Shown in pieces: positions 42,134-53,068 of a stretch of 64,000 bases of DNA. The notes under the pieces are model-generated. The model was not told where the DNA came from. It saw nothing but the letters and a program-made list of their open reading frames with translations, and did no database searches. Made by a program: the position numbers and the translations under genes. Numbering within the stretch: the first letter of the stretch is position 1; every line of letters begins with the position of its first letter. Origin of the DNA: an uncultured Acidobacteriota bacterium (GTDB taxonomy: Bacteria > Acidobacteriota > Blastocatellia > RBC074); assembly GCA_963796275.1 (NCBI GenBank), contig CAWCKY010000007.1:640001-704000 (forward strand). The letters run 5' to 3'.

Positions 42134-43174
42134 TCATGATCCATTCAGCAGATACGTATCCATCCATTCAAGCACGATCTTCCGCATCTCGGGCGTCTCT
42201 TCGTGTCCGCAATCGAATAGTTCTATCCGGCAATCTTCTGTCTTCCCGTACTTTTGATAGAGCGGAGTCAAATAATCGCGTACGCGCTCTACGCCTGCGG
42301 GAGGGGTGAGCAGATCTTTTCTCCCGTTCAGACTGAGATGTGGGCGGGGGACGATAAGTTCATTGATTTGATGGGTCTGGAAATGTTCGAGCAGCCTTGG
42401 CACATAGTAATAGATCCCGTGACCCTTCAGATTGTTGATCTTGATCAGCTCTTCAAAATCGGTGAGGCAGCAGAGATCGATACAGAGTTTGACGCGCGGA
42501 TCGAGCGCCGCGAGCCACCAGGCTTTGGTCGAACCCATCGATAAACCGAACGCACCTATTCGGTTACGGTCGACTTCCGGGCGGCTGGTCAAATAGCTCA
42601 CGGCCATGAACTCATCGAACATCATCATCCCGTAGAGCACCTGGCCATACCAGATCATCTTTTTGAATGCGTCCCATTCGCCGTCCCTTCCAATCGGATT
42701 GCGCTGGCGGCCGGAGAAGCACCAGCTATCGATGGCAAGCGTTACGATGCCTTTCTCCGCGACGACGGGGGCATATGCCGGTAGAACATTGCGGCCCTTG
42801 AGCAATTCTTCTTTCCCCAATTCATACGTGCCCCCGTGAGCGTGGATATAGAGCAACCCCGGAGCAGGTTTCTGTAATTTATCGGGAATAAGCAGAATGG
42901 CCGGTACCGGCTCGATTCCATTCAGATCGAGTTCGAGATGCTCCAGCGTATAGCCGGCGCCCTTCTCGGTCTTGATCAGTTTCGGTTTACCGGGCTGATG
43001 TTTCAGCGGCAGATCACCGAGCAGCCCCCAGAGCTCACGGCGCCGTTTTTGCTGGTAAGCGGTGAAACCGCTTTTTGATTTGAAAGTTTGCGGTGTTGCC
43101 GTCATCGGGATGCTTAGGCTTGAAGCGAATGCCGCACTAGTACATTTGAGAAAATCGCGTCGATGAATAGACAT
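42134..43174 (-). CDS. Tat-exported alpha/beta hydrolase (dienelactone hydrolase-like)
   Basis: HRRDFLK; HAHGG, GLSMG, CGH. Confidence 0.85.
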   Translation of the reverse strand: MSIHRRDFLKCTSAAFASSLSIPMTATPQTFKSKSGFTAYQQKRRRELWGLLGDLPLKHQPGKPKLIKTEKGAGYTLEHLELDLNGIEPVPAILLIPDKLQKPAPGLLYIHAHGGTYELGKEELLKGRNVLPAYAPVVAEKGIVTLAIDSWCFSGRQRNPIGRDGEWDAFKKMIWYGQVLYGMMMFDEFMAVSYLTSRPEVDRNRIGAFGLSMGSTKAWWLAALDPRVKLCIDLCCLTDFEELIKINNLKGHGIYYYVPRLLEHFQTHQINELIVPRPHLSLNGRKDLLTPPAGVERVRDYLTPLYQKYGKTEDCRIELFDCGHEETPEMRKIVLEWMDTYLLNGS

Positions 43175-43264
43175 TGAACCATATTATCTGACGCTACCGG
43201 AGCGAAGCCGCAAAGAAATATCTCCTCCCCCCTGCGGCTTTGCTCCTGCGCGTCAAATCCCCCT

Positions 43265-45868
43265 TTATCGGTTGCGAATGCTGTAATCCGGCCAGCACTC
43301 TTCGATCTGCATGTCATCGATACCCCGGCGACCGCCTGCCGGTCTCGCGCCGGTCGTCGCAGGCGCGGCAGGAGGGAATTTCGGATCGAGAATTATTGCG
43401 ATCTGATCCTTCACATCTTCGAGATGTAACCGCGTCGCGCGGTCGGTCGTCCTCGCGAGAGCGCGCGTAACCTCGGTATTGAGCGCCCTCAACTCACCGC
43501 GAAGGAAGGGACGCTGATCATCGCTCACCTCAGTCCGCCCGTTGAGTCTGTCGCCAATGAGGTCGAGGTAAGCGCGTTGGAGATTGCGGCGATACGCATC
43601 GATCTTTATCGCCGCGACTGCCTTTGTTGTTCCGTTTCCATTCAACTCAATCCATACTCCCTTGCGGAGGTCGCTCAGGAACTCAACCGGCCGGTATGCT
43701 TTATCACCATCGAGCGCTTCCTGCTCTACCAGACGGGCGAAGCGTGACGAGTCCAGTAATTGCGTCAAAACCGACAGCTGAGCGGTCTTTATGCGGTCCA
43801 GCGCGCCGTTCGGTTCGATCCGGCGCAGTATCTCTGGTCTGATCATCCAGGCTGGAGTAGTGAAGGCGTTTTCATTTAAAAACTTAACGGCCGCAATCTG
43901 GCGTTCTTTCGCAACCGGGGAAAAGATCACTCCTTCCTGCCCTACATGCTTTTGTTGCGAATCGAATCCGCCGACTATCCGCGCGACGTGATTCATCTCC
44001 AATCGCCATTGGCCGAGAATACGGCCGTAGAGCTCCTCCAGATCATCATACGGATCGCCCTCCTTGGTCGAAGTGGCTGAGAGGAGAATCTCGGAAACGC
44101 GCTTGAGGTTTTTGAGGCCGAGGGTTGTCGCGGCGATCGCATCGGCATCGCCCACTGCTTCCGTCTGCTCGCCGGGATCAGCCCCGAGCGACCTTTCGGT
44201 AGAAAAACGCAACCAGGGGGTCTTGTCCTGCACGCGCGCCCACTCGTCAAGCGTCTTCCTTTCAGCTTCCGGAGTTTCGCATCCCGGAATCGGTTTGTAA
44301 CCCCACATCGTCACCCATTTGTCGTAAGGCCCGATCTTTGGAATCAGGTCTTCTACATCGATCTTGTCTTCAGGCTGCGCAACATAGTTGAACCGCGAAT
44401 AGTCCATGAGGGTTGGAGTGTGCCCCATCTTCTTGACCCACTCGCGATCCCGCACTTTTTCGAGGGGATACATCGAACTGGCCTTCATATTGTGAGGGAA
44501 GCCGAGCGTATGGCCGACTTCGTGCGCGGCGACATAACGGATCAGCTCGCCCATGAGATCGTCGGGTAATGGGAGCTTCTGCGCGCGTGGATCGAGCGGA
44601 CCGACCTGTACGAAGTACCAGTCGCGCGCCAGATTCATGACGTTGTGATAAAACTGAATATCGGATTCCAGAATCTCGCCGGTGCGCGGGTCGTGAATGT
44701 GCGGCCCGGATGCGTTCTCGATTATCGAAGGGAGCCAGCGAATTACAGAGTAACGGGCATCTTCTGGGCTCCAGTCGGGGTCATCCTTAGGTGGATCTTT
44801 CGCTATGATCGCCTTCTTGAACCCGGCTTCTTCGAATGCAGGCTGCCAATCTTCGATGCCTTTCTTGATATATGGAACCCACTTGGGAGGGGTGGCCGGA
44901 TCAATGTAATAGACGATGGGTTTGACCGGCTCCGAGATCGCAGCACTCGGATCCTTCTTCTCCAGCCGCCAGCGCGTGATGTAAGTGCGTTGTGGCGCGC
45001 GATGTTCGTCTATCCCGTAGTCCAACTTGCGCACGGAGAAATAACCCACGCGTTCGTCGGCCAGACGCGGCATCATAGGTTTCTCGGGCAATTTGACCAT
45101 ACTGTAATGCATGACGACAGTCGCGCTTCCGGGCCTCATCCCGGCGCCTTGAAAAGGATTGGGAGGAGCCGGCGGGCCCGCGGGTGTCGCATCCGGCGGA
45201 GATGTGTAGGTATGGGTGGCTTCCACCTCGATATTTTCGGGAAACGAAACGACTCGTTCGACAAAAGAACGTGAAGCATCGAAGCCCCGGGCGCGCAGGC
45301 GAGTCCGTGCGCTTATCTCAATCACCTCGGTCGTGAAGAGACGAGAAACGTCGATTACGGGTGCCTCGTCTTTACCGAAGGATTCGATATAAAAATTCAT
45401 CAGTATCGTGTCGTTATTGGACGCCCGAACCGCTTGCGATATCGGCAGGTTGGGATCTGCGGCGACGTCATACGATACGCTCCGTAGCAGTATGCGATTG
45501 TTGTGGCGTTCCCATCGCACAACGCGGTTGCCGAGCGCCTGCCCCCCATAGCCCACGCCCAGAGTGGTCTTCGCAATCTGACTCACCCAGAGGAGTTCTT
45601 TGTTCAATTGGTTCTTGGGAATTTCGTAATAGACCTTGTCTTTGATCCGATGAACGGTGAAGAGTCCGTCATCCGACTGCGCATCTTTAGTTATGACCTT
45701 ATCGTAAGGTTTGGGTTCGGCATCACGGCCAGGGGATGATGACGATGGCCTCTCCTGCGCTCCAGGTGAGGCGCCTGCGGGATCCTGTGCCTTACCATCC
45801 GGGCAGAGATATCCGATAATTGCCGTTGCAAGGATGGCTGCGCGAAAGGTCTTGACAAACTTACTCAT
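43265..45868 (-). CDS. Secreted zinc metalloprotease (DUF5117/DUF5118/DUF4953, Met-zincin)
   Basis: HEVGHTLGFPHN, MDY Met-turn, DPRTGEIL, DERVGYF. Confidence 0.9.
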   Translation of the reverse strand: MSKFVKTFRAAILATAIIGYLCPDGKAQDPAGASPGAQERPSSSSPGRDAEPKPYDKVITKDAQSDDGLFTVHRIKDKVYYEIPKNQLNKELLWVSQIAKTTLGVGYGGQALGNRVVRWERHNNRILLRSVSYDVAADPNLPISQAVRASNNDTILMNFYIESFGKDEAPVIDVSRLFTTEVIEISARTRLRARGFDASRSFVERVVSFPENIEVEATHTYTSPPDATPAGPPAPPNPFQGAGMRPGSATVVMHYSMVKLPEKPMMPRLADERVGYFSVRKLDYGIDEHRAPQRTYITRWRLEKKDPSAAISEPVKPIVYYIDPATPPKWVPYIKKGIEDWQPAFEEAGFKKAIIAKDPPKDDPDWSPEDARYSVIRWLPSIIENASGPHIHDPRTGEILESDIQFYHNVMNLARDWYFVQVGPLDPRAQKLPLPDDLMGELIRYVAAHEVGHTLGFPHNMKASSMYPLEKVRDREWVKKMGHTPTLMDYSRFNYVAQPEDKIDVEDLIPKIGPYDKWVTMWGYKPIPGCETPEAERKTLDEWARVQDKTPWLRFSTERSLGADPGEQTEAVGDADAIAATTLGLKNLKRVSEILLSATSTKEGDPYDDLEELYGRILGQWRLEMNHVARIVGGFDSQQKHVGQEGVIFSPVAKERQIAAVKFLNENAFTTPAWMIRPEILRRIEPNGALDRIKTAQLSVLTQLLDSSRFARLVEQEALDGDKAYRPVEFLSDLRKGVWIELNGNGTTKAVAAIKIDAYRRNLQRAYLDLIGDRLNGRTEVSDDQRPFLRGELRALNTEVTRALARTTDRATRLHLEDVKDQIAIILDPKFPPAAPATTGARPAGGRRGIDDMQIEECWPDYSIRNR

Positions 45869-46093
45869 AGATCGCTCCTTATTTCGGGGTTCGATAGATT
45901 CAGTAGGACTTCGGCACGCTGGATGCAGCGCCAGTCTCAGCGAAGAATACCTGAAGGTAAAATCAAAAGGCAAAAGGAGAGATAGAAAAATGTATGATGA
46001 GATTGCGAAACAGACGACATCCCAGAACGAATATGTTCACCCTCGCCTCATGGCCGGGGACAACTGTGACAGCGCATGGGAATAGCAATATCT

Positions 46094-46167
46094 TAATTAA
46101 TGGCTACCACCATTAATGGCTATCACCATAATTAATGGCTATCACCATAATTAATGGCTATCACCAT
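46094..46167. repeat. Tandem 16-19-bp repeat x4 (core ttaatggctaYcacca)
   Basis: Direct inspection; no spacers. Confidence 0.85.
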
Positions 46168-46332
46168 ACTATAGTAATAGCTATAGTGATAGCTCTGCGT
46201 TGCCTCAGCCGTCTCCGAGCCGCTGCGGAGGAGATTTTTCTTCGTCGAATACTCTTCAATGAAAGTCGTCGAACTTTTCTGTGTCAGGCAGTTCTCCGCG
46301 GAGATACTCAAACATCCTCAACAGGAATTGCC

Positions 46333-46650
46333 TTACGCTGCCAAAGGGAGGAATACCTGTTCCGCAGCCGCCGGCGGCATCGGTGGGATCGGCGGATCCT
46401 GATAATGATCTGCCCGTGCCGCACATTCCGGCTGAATCGAATGTATGAATATCTCCACGTCTTCTGGTGTCTTGAGCTGTCCCCCATCATAAGCTTGCCA
46501 GAAAAGCCCTATCGTTTCATTGGCGCTCCGTTCGTCTTTGTGAGTGCTGAGAAATGTCACATCGTCTCTGTTCAAACTGACACACGTTCGATATAACCCT
46601 GTCCCATACTGCTTGATTACGACGGCAATTACTTGATTTCGACGAGCCAT
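46333..46650 (-). CDS. Small hypothetical protein (105 aa)
   Basis: RBS aggag before MARRNQ; Pro-rich tail; no recognisable domain. Confidence 0.65.
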   Translation of the reverse strand: MARRNQVIAVVIKQYGTGLYRTCVSLNRDDVTFLSTHKDERSANETIGLFWQAYDGGQLKTPEDVEIFIHSIQPECAARADHYQDPPIPPMPPAAAEQVFLPLAA

Positions 46651-46958
46651 GATTTCACTCCTTTTTTTATATGGAAGGTTTGCAGCCGCACAGAGCTGCG
46701 CCTTCATTATTTGTAGACTCAATTCGTATCCTCCAAATTGAGTCTGATAACTTACTTTTGAATTTCTTTTACGCGGTGAAGAGTTCGCTTCTACCCTTCA
46801 CGCGCTTTGATCGATGCTGTTTCAAAAAATATTTACGGAGACGAATATTGGGAGGCGTCAAGCTGCCTCAAGATTTTCAGTGCGACTTCGATGTGACTTC
46901 AGCGCACTATCTGTGATCTTCGAAGAACAACTGAAGAATCAAAAATATCAAAATAACT

Positions 46959-46994
46959 TTTCAAATTATCTTTCAAATTATCTTTCAAATTATC
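46959..46994. repeat. 12-bp tandem repeat x3 (tttcaaattatc)
   Basis: Direct inspection. Confidence 0.85.
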
Positions 46995-47092
46995 TTGCAA
47001 AAGATCTATTCAAACTATCTTGGCAAAATACCGTTGCAATCCGTGTTTGCAACGGTATTTGCCATTTTCGGTAGGATCGCTTGACGACCGAA

Positions 47093-47121
47093 AATATACC
47101 GAAAATGCAAATTGAGCGCAA
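47093..47121 (-). promoter_or_regulatory. Putative sigma70 promoter for the small gene
   Basis: TTGCGC-N17-TATATT. Confidence 0.5.
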
Positions 47122-47155
47122 CAAAAAAATTGAGTTATGGGCAATTTAATCGTGC

Positions 47156-47198
47156 TTGACGATGTAGGCGCACGCACTTAAACTCAATGCTTAAGTGC
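47156..47198 (+). promoter_or_regulatory. Putative acnA promoter with an overlapping palindromic operator
   Basis: TTGACG-N17-TAAACT; gcacttaa-N9-ttaagtgc covers the -10 box. Confidence 0.55.
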
Positions 47199-47292
47199 TA
47201 TTGAATCAACTCAACACGATGTGCCACGGGATCTCAGGCTACTCATGCTCCTCCGTCGTGTTCAAACTCATTCGGATCAGGTGAAATTTCGT

Positions 47293-50163
47293 ATGCCACA
47301 CAATCTTTTCAACACGCTACAGAAATTCGATCTGGGTAAGGGGAAGAATGGCCGGTTCTATTCCCTGCCGGAGCTCGAAAGTCAGGGCATCGGCCCAATT
47401 TCAAAATTACCGGTCAGCATTCGTATTGTTCTCGAATCAGTTCTACGCAACTTTGACGGGGAAAAGGTCAAGGAAGATGATGTCCGCGCGCTCTCCAATT
47501 GGGGGCATGACGCCGAACGGACCGCCGAAGTTCCTTTCATCGTAGCCCGCATCGTTCTACAGGACTTCACCGGCGTGCCGCTATTGGTCGACCTGGCGGC
47601 GATGCGCTCGACCGTCGCCGGGATGGGGAAGAATCCCAAATTGATCGAACCGCTCGTTCCGGTCGATCTGGTCGTCGATCATTCGGTGCAAGTAGATTTC
47701 GCGGGCACCTCGAGCGCGCTACAGCACAACATGGAGATAGAGTTTCAACGCAATCGCCAGCGTTACGAGTTCCTGAAATGGGGAATGCAGGCTTTCCAGA
47801 CTTTCAAGGTCGTTCCGCCAGGCATCGGCATCGTCCATCAGGTAAATCTGGAATATCTTGCGAAGGGCGTCCTCGAGAAAGATGGGATTTACTATCCGGA
47901 CACCCTCGTCGGGACTGACTCGCACACGACCATGATCAACGGTCTTGGAGTCGTCGGCTGGGGCGTCGGCGGGATCGAGGCGGAGGCGGGTATGCTCGGA
48001 CAGCCCGTCTATTTTCTCACGCCTGACGTGGTGGGCGTGTATCTCAAAGGCAGATTGAGGGAGGGCGTGACGGCGACCGACCTTGTGCTGCACATCACCG
48101 AGATGTTGCGCAAAGCAAAAGTCGTCGGAAAGTTCGTCGAATATTTCGGCGAGGGCGCATCGTCTCTGACTGCCACCGATCGCGCGACGATCGCGAATAT
48201 GGCTCCCGAGTACGGCGCAACGATGGGATTTTTCGGCGTCGATGAAGAGACCTGTCGATATCTCAGGCTCACCGGCCGCAGCGACGATCAGGTAAATGCC
48301 TTCAGAAACTATTTCAAAGCGCAGGGCATGTTCGGTATTCCGGGCGAGGGAGAGGTCCGATATAGCCAGGTGCTTGAGCTGAATCTGGCTGAGATCACCC
48401 CGAATGTGGCCGGGCCGAAACGCCCGCAGGATCGGATCGAGCTCGCGAAAATGAAGGAGAGATTTCATGACCTTATGATCCGGCCGGCGGCTGATAACGG
48501 CTATGGGAAAACGCCCGCGGAGCTCGATCGGCGGTTCGAGACGCTCATCGGGTTGCACGGCCGATTGGCCGAACCGCTGACGGGGGGCGGTGAGCAGGGG
48601 GCGGAGACTGCTCCCATCGCCAAGACGGACAGTGTGAGCGTGAAGAATACCAGTACACTGACCGAAATAGAGATGATGAATAACCGCCCGACACCCGATC
48701 GGGTCGAGGACGCGACTTCCGATGCTTTCCCCTCCGCTCTGGCCGATCTGGGTCACGGAGACGTGTTGATTGCAGCCATCACCTCCTGCACCAACACATC
48801 GAATCCGAGCGTTATGCTGGCTGCGGGTATTCTGGCCAAGAAGGCAGTCGAAAAGGGGTTACGCGTCAAACCGCAGGTCAAAACATCGCTCGCCCCCGGT
48901 TCGCGCGTCGTCTCGGATTATCTCGAGAAGACGGGGCTGCAAACCTATCTCGATCGACTCGGGTTTCAACTCGTCGGCTACGGGTGCACGACCTGTATCG
49001 GCAACTCTGGCCCGCTCGATCCGAGGATTGAAGATGTCGTGGTTTCGAACGATCTGATTGCAGCCAGCGTTCTGAGCGGTAACCGCAATTTTGAAGCGCG
49101 CGTTCACCAATCGATCAAGGCCAATTTTCTGATGAGCCCGCCTCTGGTGGTCGCATTCGCTTTGGCCGGTCGCGTTGATATCGATCTTACGAGGGAGCCG
49201 ATAGGTAGGGGAAATAACGCAGATGTCTATCTAAAAGATATCTGGCCGAACCAGGAAGAGATCACTGCGGTCATGAGCGCGGCGATGGATCCGGATACAT
49301 ATCGGGCGCTCTACTCCGACTTCACTTCCGAAAATCCCTTGTGGAACGATATTCCATCGATGATAGGCGATGTGTACGAATGGAACGAAGAATCGACTTA
49401 TATTCAGGAGCCGCCATTCTTTGATGATTTCGCCATGAAACCCGGAGGGATAACCGGAATAAAAGGGGCGCGCCCGCTCGGTATATTCGGAGATTCGGTG
49501 ACGACCGATCACATCAGCCCGGCCGGTTCGATAAAGCCGGCGTCGCCGGCGGGCCAATATCTGATCGATCGCGGAGTCGAGCCGCTCAACTTCAACAGTT
49601 ACGGCTCGCGCCGCGGCAACGATCGGGTCATGACGCGCGGCACTTTTGCGAATGTGCGGATCAAGAACCTAATGGTTCCGGGCATCGAAGGCGGCGTGAC
49701 CAAATATTACCCCGGCGGCGAACAGCTGAGCATCTATGATGCGGCAATGAAATATCAGGCTGAAGGCATTCCTCTGGTCATCATTGCCGGACAGGAGTAT
49801 GGCACAGGCAGTTCGCGCGACTGGGCCGCCAAGGGAACTCGCTTGCTGGGAGTGAAGGCAGTCATCGCAAAGAGCTACGAGCGTATCCACCGCAGCAATC
49901 TGGTAGGTATGGGCGTACTTCCATTGCAGTTTAAGGAAGGAGCGAAAAATCTCGTACTCGATGGCACCGAAACTTTCGACATCGTAGGATTGGAGAGCAC
50001 GATCAAGCCGCGCCAGGATCTCACGCTTGTCATCAATCGTGCGAATGGCGCGAAAGAAGAGGTTCCCGTCACTCTGCGTATAGATACTCCGATTGAGATC
50101 GAGTATTACCAGCACGGCGGTATATTGCCTTACGTATTGCGCCAGTTGATCGCTCAAGGATAG
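47293..50163 (+). CDS. acnA: Aconitate hydratase A
   Basis: [49 protein letters not shown]. Confidence 0.97.
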   Translation: MPHNLFNTLQKFDLGKGKNGRFYSLPELESQGIGPISKLPVSIRIVLESVLRNFDGEKVKEDDVRALSNWGHDAERTAEVPFIVARIVLQDFTGVPLLVDLAAMRSTVAGMGKNPKLIEPLVPVDLVVDHSVQVDFAGTSSALQHNMEIEFQRNRQRYEFLKWGMQAFQTFKVVPPGIGIVHQVNLEYLAKGVLEKDGIYYPDTLVGTDSHTTMINGLGVVGWGVGGIEAEAGMLGQPVYFLTPDVVGVYLKGRLREGVTATDLVLHITEMLRKAKVVGKFVEYFGEGASSLTATDRATIANMAPEYGATMGFFGVDEETCRYLRLTGRSDDQVNAFRNYFKAQGMFGIPGEGEVRYSQVLELNLAEITPNVAGPKRPQDRIELAKMKERFHDLMIRPAADNGYGKTPAELDRRFETLIGLHGRLAEPLTGGGEQGAETAPIAKTDSVSVKNTSTLTEIEMMNNRPTPDRVEDATSDAFPSALADLGHGDVLIAAITSCTNTSNPSVMLAAGILAKKAVEKGLRVKPQVKTSLAPGSRVVSDYLEKTGLQTYLDRLGFQLVGYGCTTCIGNSGPLDPRIEDVVVSNDLIAASVLSGNRNFEARVHQSIKANFLMSPPLVVAFALAGRVDIDLTREPIGRGNNADVYLKDIWPNQEEITAVMSAAMDPDTYRALYSDFTSENPLWNDIPSMIGDVYEWNEESTYIQEPPFFDDFAMKPGGITGIKGARPLGIFGDSVTTDHISPAGSIKPASPAGQYLIDRGVEPLNFNSYGSRRGNDRVMTRGTFANVRIKNLMVPGIEGGVTKYYPGGEQLSIYDAAMKYQAEGIPLVIIAGQEYGTGSSRDWAAKGTRLLGVKAVIAKSYERIHRSNLVGMGVLPLQFKEGAKNLVLDGTETFDIVGLESTIKPRQDLTLVINRANGAKEEVPVTLRIDTPIEIEYYQHGGILPYVLRQLIAQG

Positions 50164-50456
50164 GTGGGGACAGGAGGACGTAGAAAAGGGGAGGGAAGCG
50201 GCGAGTCGATGCGAGATGGCTATATCATCTCCTCGCCTTCTTCCTCCCCCAGCTTTGTCTCCACTTATTTTGATCTGCTTCCAGCCTTACTCCCGCGGAT
50301 AATTGTTCTCCCCTTTTTTACCCTTCTTTTTGATCAGATTTCCAACTCAAGCAGAACCTGATGTAAATCGGCGGCGTTATCCAAACTGCGAATGAATGGA
50401 TGTCGATAGTTATCGGAATCGATAAACGAAATAAGGAGAAGGAGAAGGAGAAGGTA

Positions 50457-50876
50457 ATGATCAAGAAGGTCTACAAGATTTTGGCAATCACGACACTTAT
50501 CTTTATTAGCATTGTTGTGGGCGCTTCTGCGCAGGAATCGAAAAAGACGAAGAGTGTCAGGATCGATTTCGACTTCTATGCCGGTAAAAAACTCATGCCG
50601 GCTGGCGATTATATCGTCAGCCTGCTGCTGAATAACAACACGCAGAAGCTGATTTTGATCCAGCAGCAGGATGGAAAATCACAAGCGATCATCGCAAGCG
50701 TGCCGACACGTAACGATGAAGAGCGGAGCCCTGGTGCGATTATTTTCAATAAATATGGAACGCAATATTTCCTGGCCGGCGTTCAATTAGGTGACAGAGA
50801 TATTCTGCATACGGCGATCAAGACGCGCGCGGAACGCGTTCTCTTGAGGGAGATTGCGATTAGCGGATCGATTTAA
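50457..50876 (+). CDS. Secreted hypothetical protein (Acidobacteria-type small beta protein)
   Basis: Signal peptide; FDFYAGKKLMPAGDY, FNKYGTQYFL. Confidence 0.7.
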   Translation: MIKKVYKILAITTLIFISIVVGASAQESKKTKSVRIDFDFYAGKKLMPAGDYIVSLLLNNNTQKLILIQQQDGKSQAIIASVPTRNDEERSPGAIIFNKYGTQYFLAGVQLGDRDILHTAIKTRAERVLLREIAISGSI

Positions 50877-50940
50877 AGATGCCGGGGAGACGGTGAGAGC
50901 GAGTAACGCTCGATAGTTCGTGGAATGAGCAGGAGGAGAA

Positions 50941-50995
50941 AAAACACCGCAAGCGGATGGGGGCTCGGGCTTAACCCGACCGCTTGCGGTGTTTT
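50941..50995. terminator. Intrinsic terminator
   Basis: aaaacaccgcaagcgg / ccgcttgcggtgtttt. Confidence 0.75.
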
Positions 50996-50996
50996 A

Positions 50997-51025
50997 TTGA
51001 CCTCACAGGGGACAGCGCATAAGCT
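50997..51025 (+). promoter_or_regulatory. Putative sigma70 promoter giving a leaderless trmL mRNA
   Basis: TTGACC-N17-TAAGCT, 6 nt before ATG; no SD. Confidence 0.6.
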
Positions 51026-51031
51026 CATCGC

Positions 51032-51478
51032 ATGCACGTAGCTTTGATTGAGCCCGAAATCCCCCCCAACACGGGTAATATCGCCCGCCTTTGCGCGGCC
51101 ACTCACACAAGTTTGCATCTCGTCGGAAAGCTCGGATTCCGCGTCGATGACAAGGCCGTGCGTCGCGCCGGCCTAGATTATTGGGATGCGGTCGAACTTC
51201 AATACCACAGAGATATCCAGGCGCTCTATCAAGTACTTCCAGAATGCCGTTTCTTGTATTTCACGACGAAAGCCGAACGCGTTTATACAGACATCCGATA
51301 TCAGTCTGGCGATTGCCTGGTTTTCGGTAGAGAAACGAAGGGGTTGCCTGAAGACTTGCTGAAAACGAATTGGGATCGTTGCTTACGCATTCCCATGCCG
51401 AACCCGCGCGTCCGTTCGCTCAATCTTGCCACTTCCGTGGGAATCGCGCTCTATGAGGCATTGCGACAGATAGAATAA
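51032..51478 (+). CDS. trmL: tRNA (cytidine/uridine-34-2'-O)-methyltransferase
   Basis: PEIPPNTGNIAR, RRAGLDYW, FGRETKGLP, RSLNL. Confidence 0.95.
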   Translation: MHVALIEPEIPPNTGNIARLCAATHTSLHLVGKLGFRVDDKAVRRAGLDYWDAVELQYHRDIQALYQVLPECRFLYFTTKAERVYTDIRYQSGDCLVFGRETKGLPEDLLKTNWDRCLRIPMPNPRVRSLNLATSVGIALYEALRQIE

Positions 51479-51487
51479 TTAGACATA

Positions 51488-51669
51488 CGGTAGTCGGTTG
51501 TCGGTAAGTCGGTTGCCGGTAGTCGGTAGTCGGTAGTCGGTAGTCGGTTGTCGCTGATTTGTAATTGGTAATCGGTTGGTGATTGAAGAAAAGCGTCTCA
51601 ATGAGGTTGTCAACGTATCGATTCTCATAATATAAAAACCGAAAACCGACTACCGGCAACCGACTACCG
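51488..51669. repeat. Heptamer (ggtagtc)n inverted-repeat element
   Basis: cggtagtcggt tandem units and the complementary accgactaccg arm. Confidence 0.8.
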
Positions 51670-51679
51670 CAGCGGGAGC

Positions 51680-52990
51680 TTAGAGGGCGGAGACCGGCAC
51701 CTTCGCGGCTTCTTTACCGCGCTTCTCATCGACAAATGAGAGCAGGATCATTCCCGCTACGAAGAATATTCCGACTGCCAGTATCGCCGGTCGCTGACTT
51801 CCGGTTTTCAGGGAGATTATTCCGAAGACGAAGGGTCCGATGAAAGCCAGGGCCTTGCCGGCGATCCCCAGGAATCCGAAAAACTCGGCTGCGTTCTCCT
51901 TCGGCGTGAAGAGAGACAAAAGACTGCGTGTGACCGACTGGCAGGAACCGAGGCCGAGCCCCGCCAGCATTGCCACCACATAGAAGCTGGTCTTCGAGTA
52001 AGAGAAATAAGCGAGGGTGACTGCAGCGATCCATAATACCAATGAAATATAGATCGTCAGCTTCTGTCCGATCCGGTCGGCCACCCAGCCGAAGCCGAAT
52101 GCCCCTGCCGCCGCGACAACATTGAGCCCGATGAACATTATCACGATTTCGCCCGAGGTCAATCCGACCGTGGTTGCGGCATAGCCAGAGGCAAAGTAGA
52201 TGACAGTTACGACTCCGTCATTGTAGACGAGGAATGCGATCAAGAGCTTGAACAATTCGCGATAATGTCGAATGTGGCGTAGCGTCCGTGCGAGTTGGCG
52301 AAAACCTAAGCTCAGATACGATTGGCCTGGCGGCAGCGACTGCGGGACGCTTCTTTCGCGCAGCCAGATGAAAGTCGGTATGACGGTGATGGCGTAATAA
52401 ACGGCGACCACGACCGGTATCAATCGCGCCATCGATATTTGCTCCGGCGTAGCGTTGTCGACGATATTTCCGGCGAGTGGATAGACGAGCGCAAGACAAA
52501 CGAGCCCGCTCACATAACCCAGGGCCCATTTTCGACCGGAAATTCGTCCGGCGTTCGATTCATTCGAGATGCCGGGAAGAAAGCTGTCGATGAATACCCC
52601 GCCTCCTGCAAAGCCGATATTGGCGAATACGTATAGCCAGAACCCGAGATAGATCATTCCGGGTCCGACAAACCAGAGCGACGCGGTGAAGATAGTTATC
52701 AGTGCCGCGCAGATGCCGAGAAACTTTTTGCGGCTCCCGGAGAAATCGGCTATTGCGCCGAGGATTGGAGCGAGGATCGCAATCGCTATCTCAGATACCG
52801 ATGCCGCCAGCCCCCAAAGGAAATCGGCCTGTTGGAAATTGCCGACTACAATTTTATTGAAATAGAGCAGGTAAAGGGTCGAAACGATGATCGTCGTAAA
52901 TGCTGAATCCGCGATATCGTACGTGCACCAAGCCCAGATTTCGCGCTTTGTGACTGGCGGCAGATATTTTCGCTCTTCGGTGGTGGCCAT
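51680..52990 (-). CDS. MFS transporter (Atg22/UMF1-like)
   Basis: WAWCTYDIADSAF, LGAIAD, YNDGVVTVI, EFFGF. Confidence 0.88.
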   Translation of the reverse strand: MATTEERKYLPPVTKREIWAWCTYDIADSAFTTIIVSTLYLLYFNKIVVGNFQQADFLWGLAASVSEIAIAILAPILGAIADFSGSRKKFLGICAALITIFTASLWFVGPGMIYLGFWLYVFANIGFAGGGVFIDSFLPGISNESNAGRISGRKWALGYVSGLVCLALVYPLAGNIVDNATPEQISMARLIPVVVAVYYAITVIPTFIWLRERSVPQSLPPGQSYLSLGFRQLARTLRHIRHYRELFKLLIAFLVYNDGVVTVIYFASGYAATTVGLTSGEIVIMFIGLNVVAAAGAFGFGWVADRIGQKLTIYISLVLWIAAVTLAYFSYSKTSFYVVAMLAGLGLGSCQSVTRSLLSLFTPKENAAEFFGFLGIAGKALAFIGPFVFGIISLKTGSQRPAILAVGIFFVAGMILLSFVDEKRGKEAAKVPVSAL

Positions 52991-53068
52991 ATTTGCCGGG
53001 GGAGAGAGCGGGAGTCTTGCGTCAAGTTGAAATTAACCGCAGACGGCCGGACTCCCAACTCCTGCCAT

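Noticed and set aside
46094-46167. Possible CRISPR array
   Set aside because: Repeats are directly adjacent with no unique spacers, are too short, and no cas genes are present.
47719-48756. Long antisense ORFs (also 12588-13481, 5979-6713, 7488-8264)
   Set aside because: Shadow ORFs opposite well-supported genes in GC-rich DNA.
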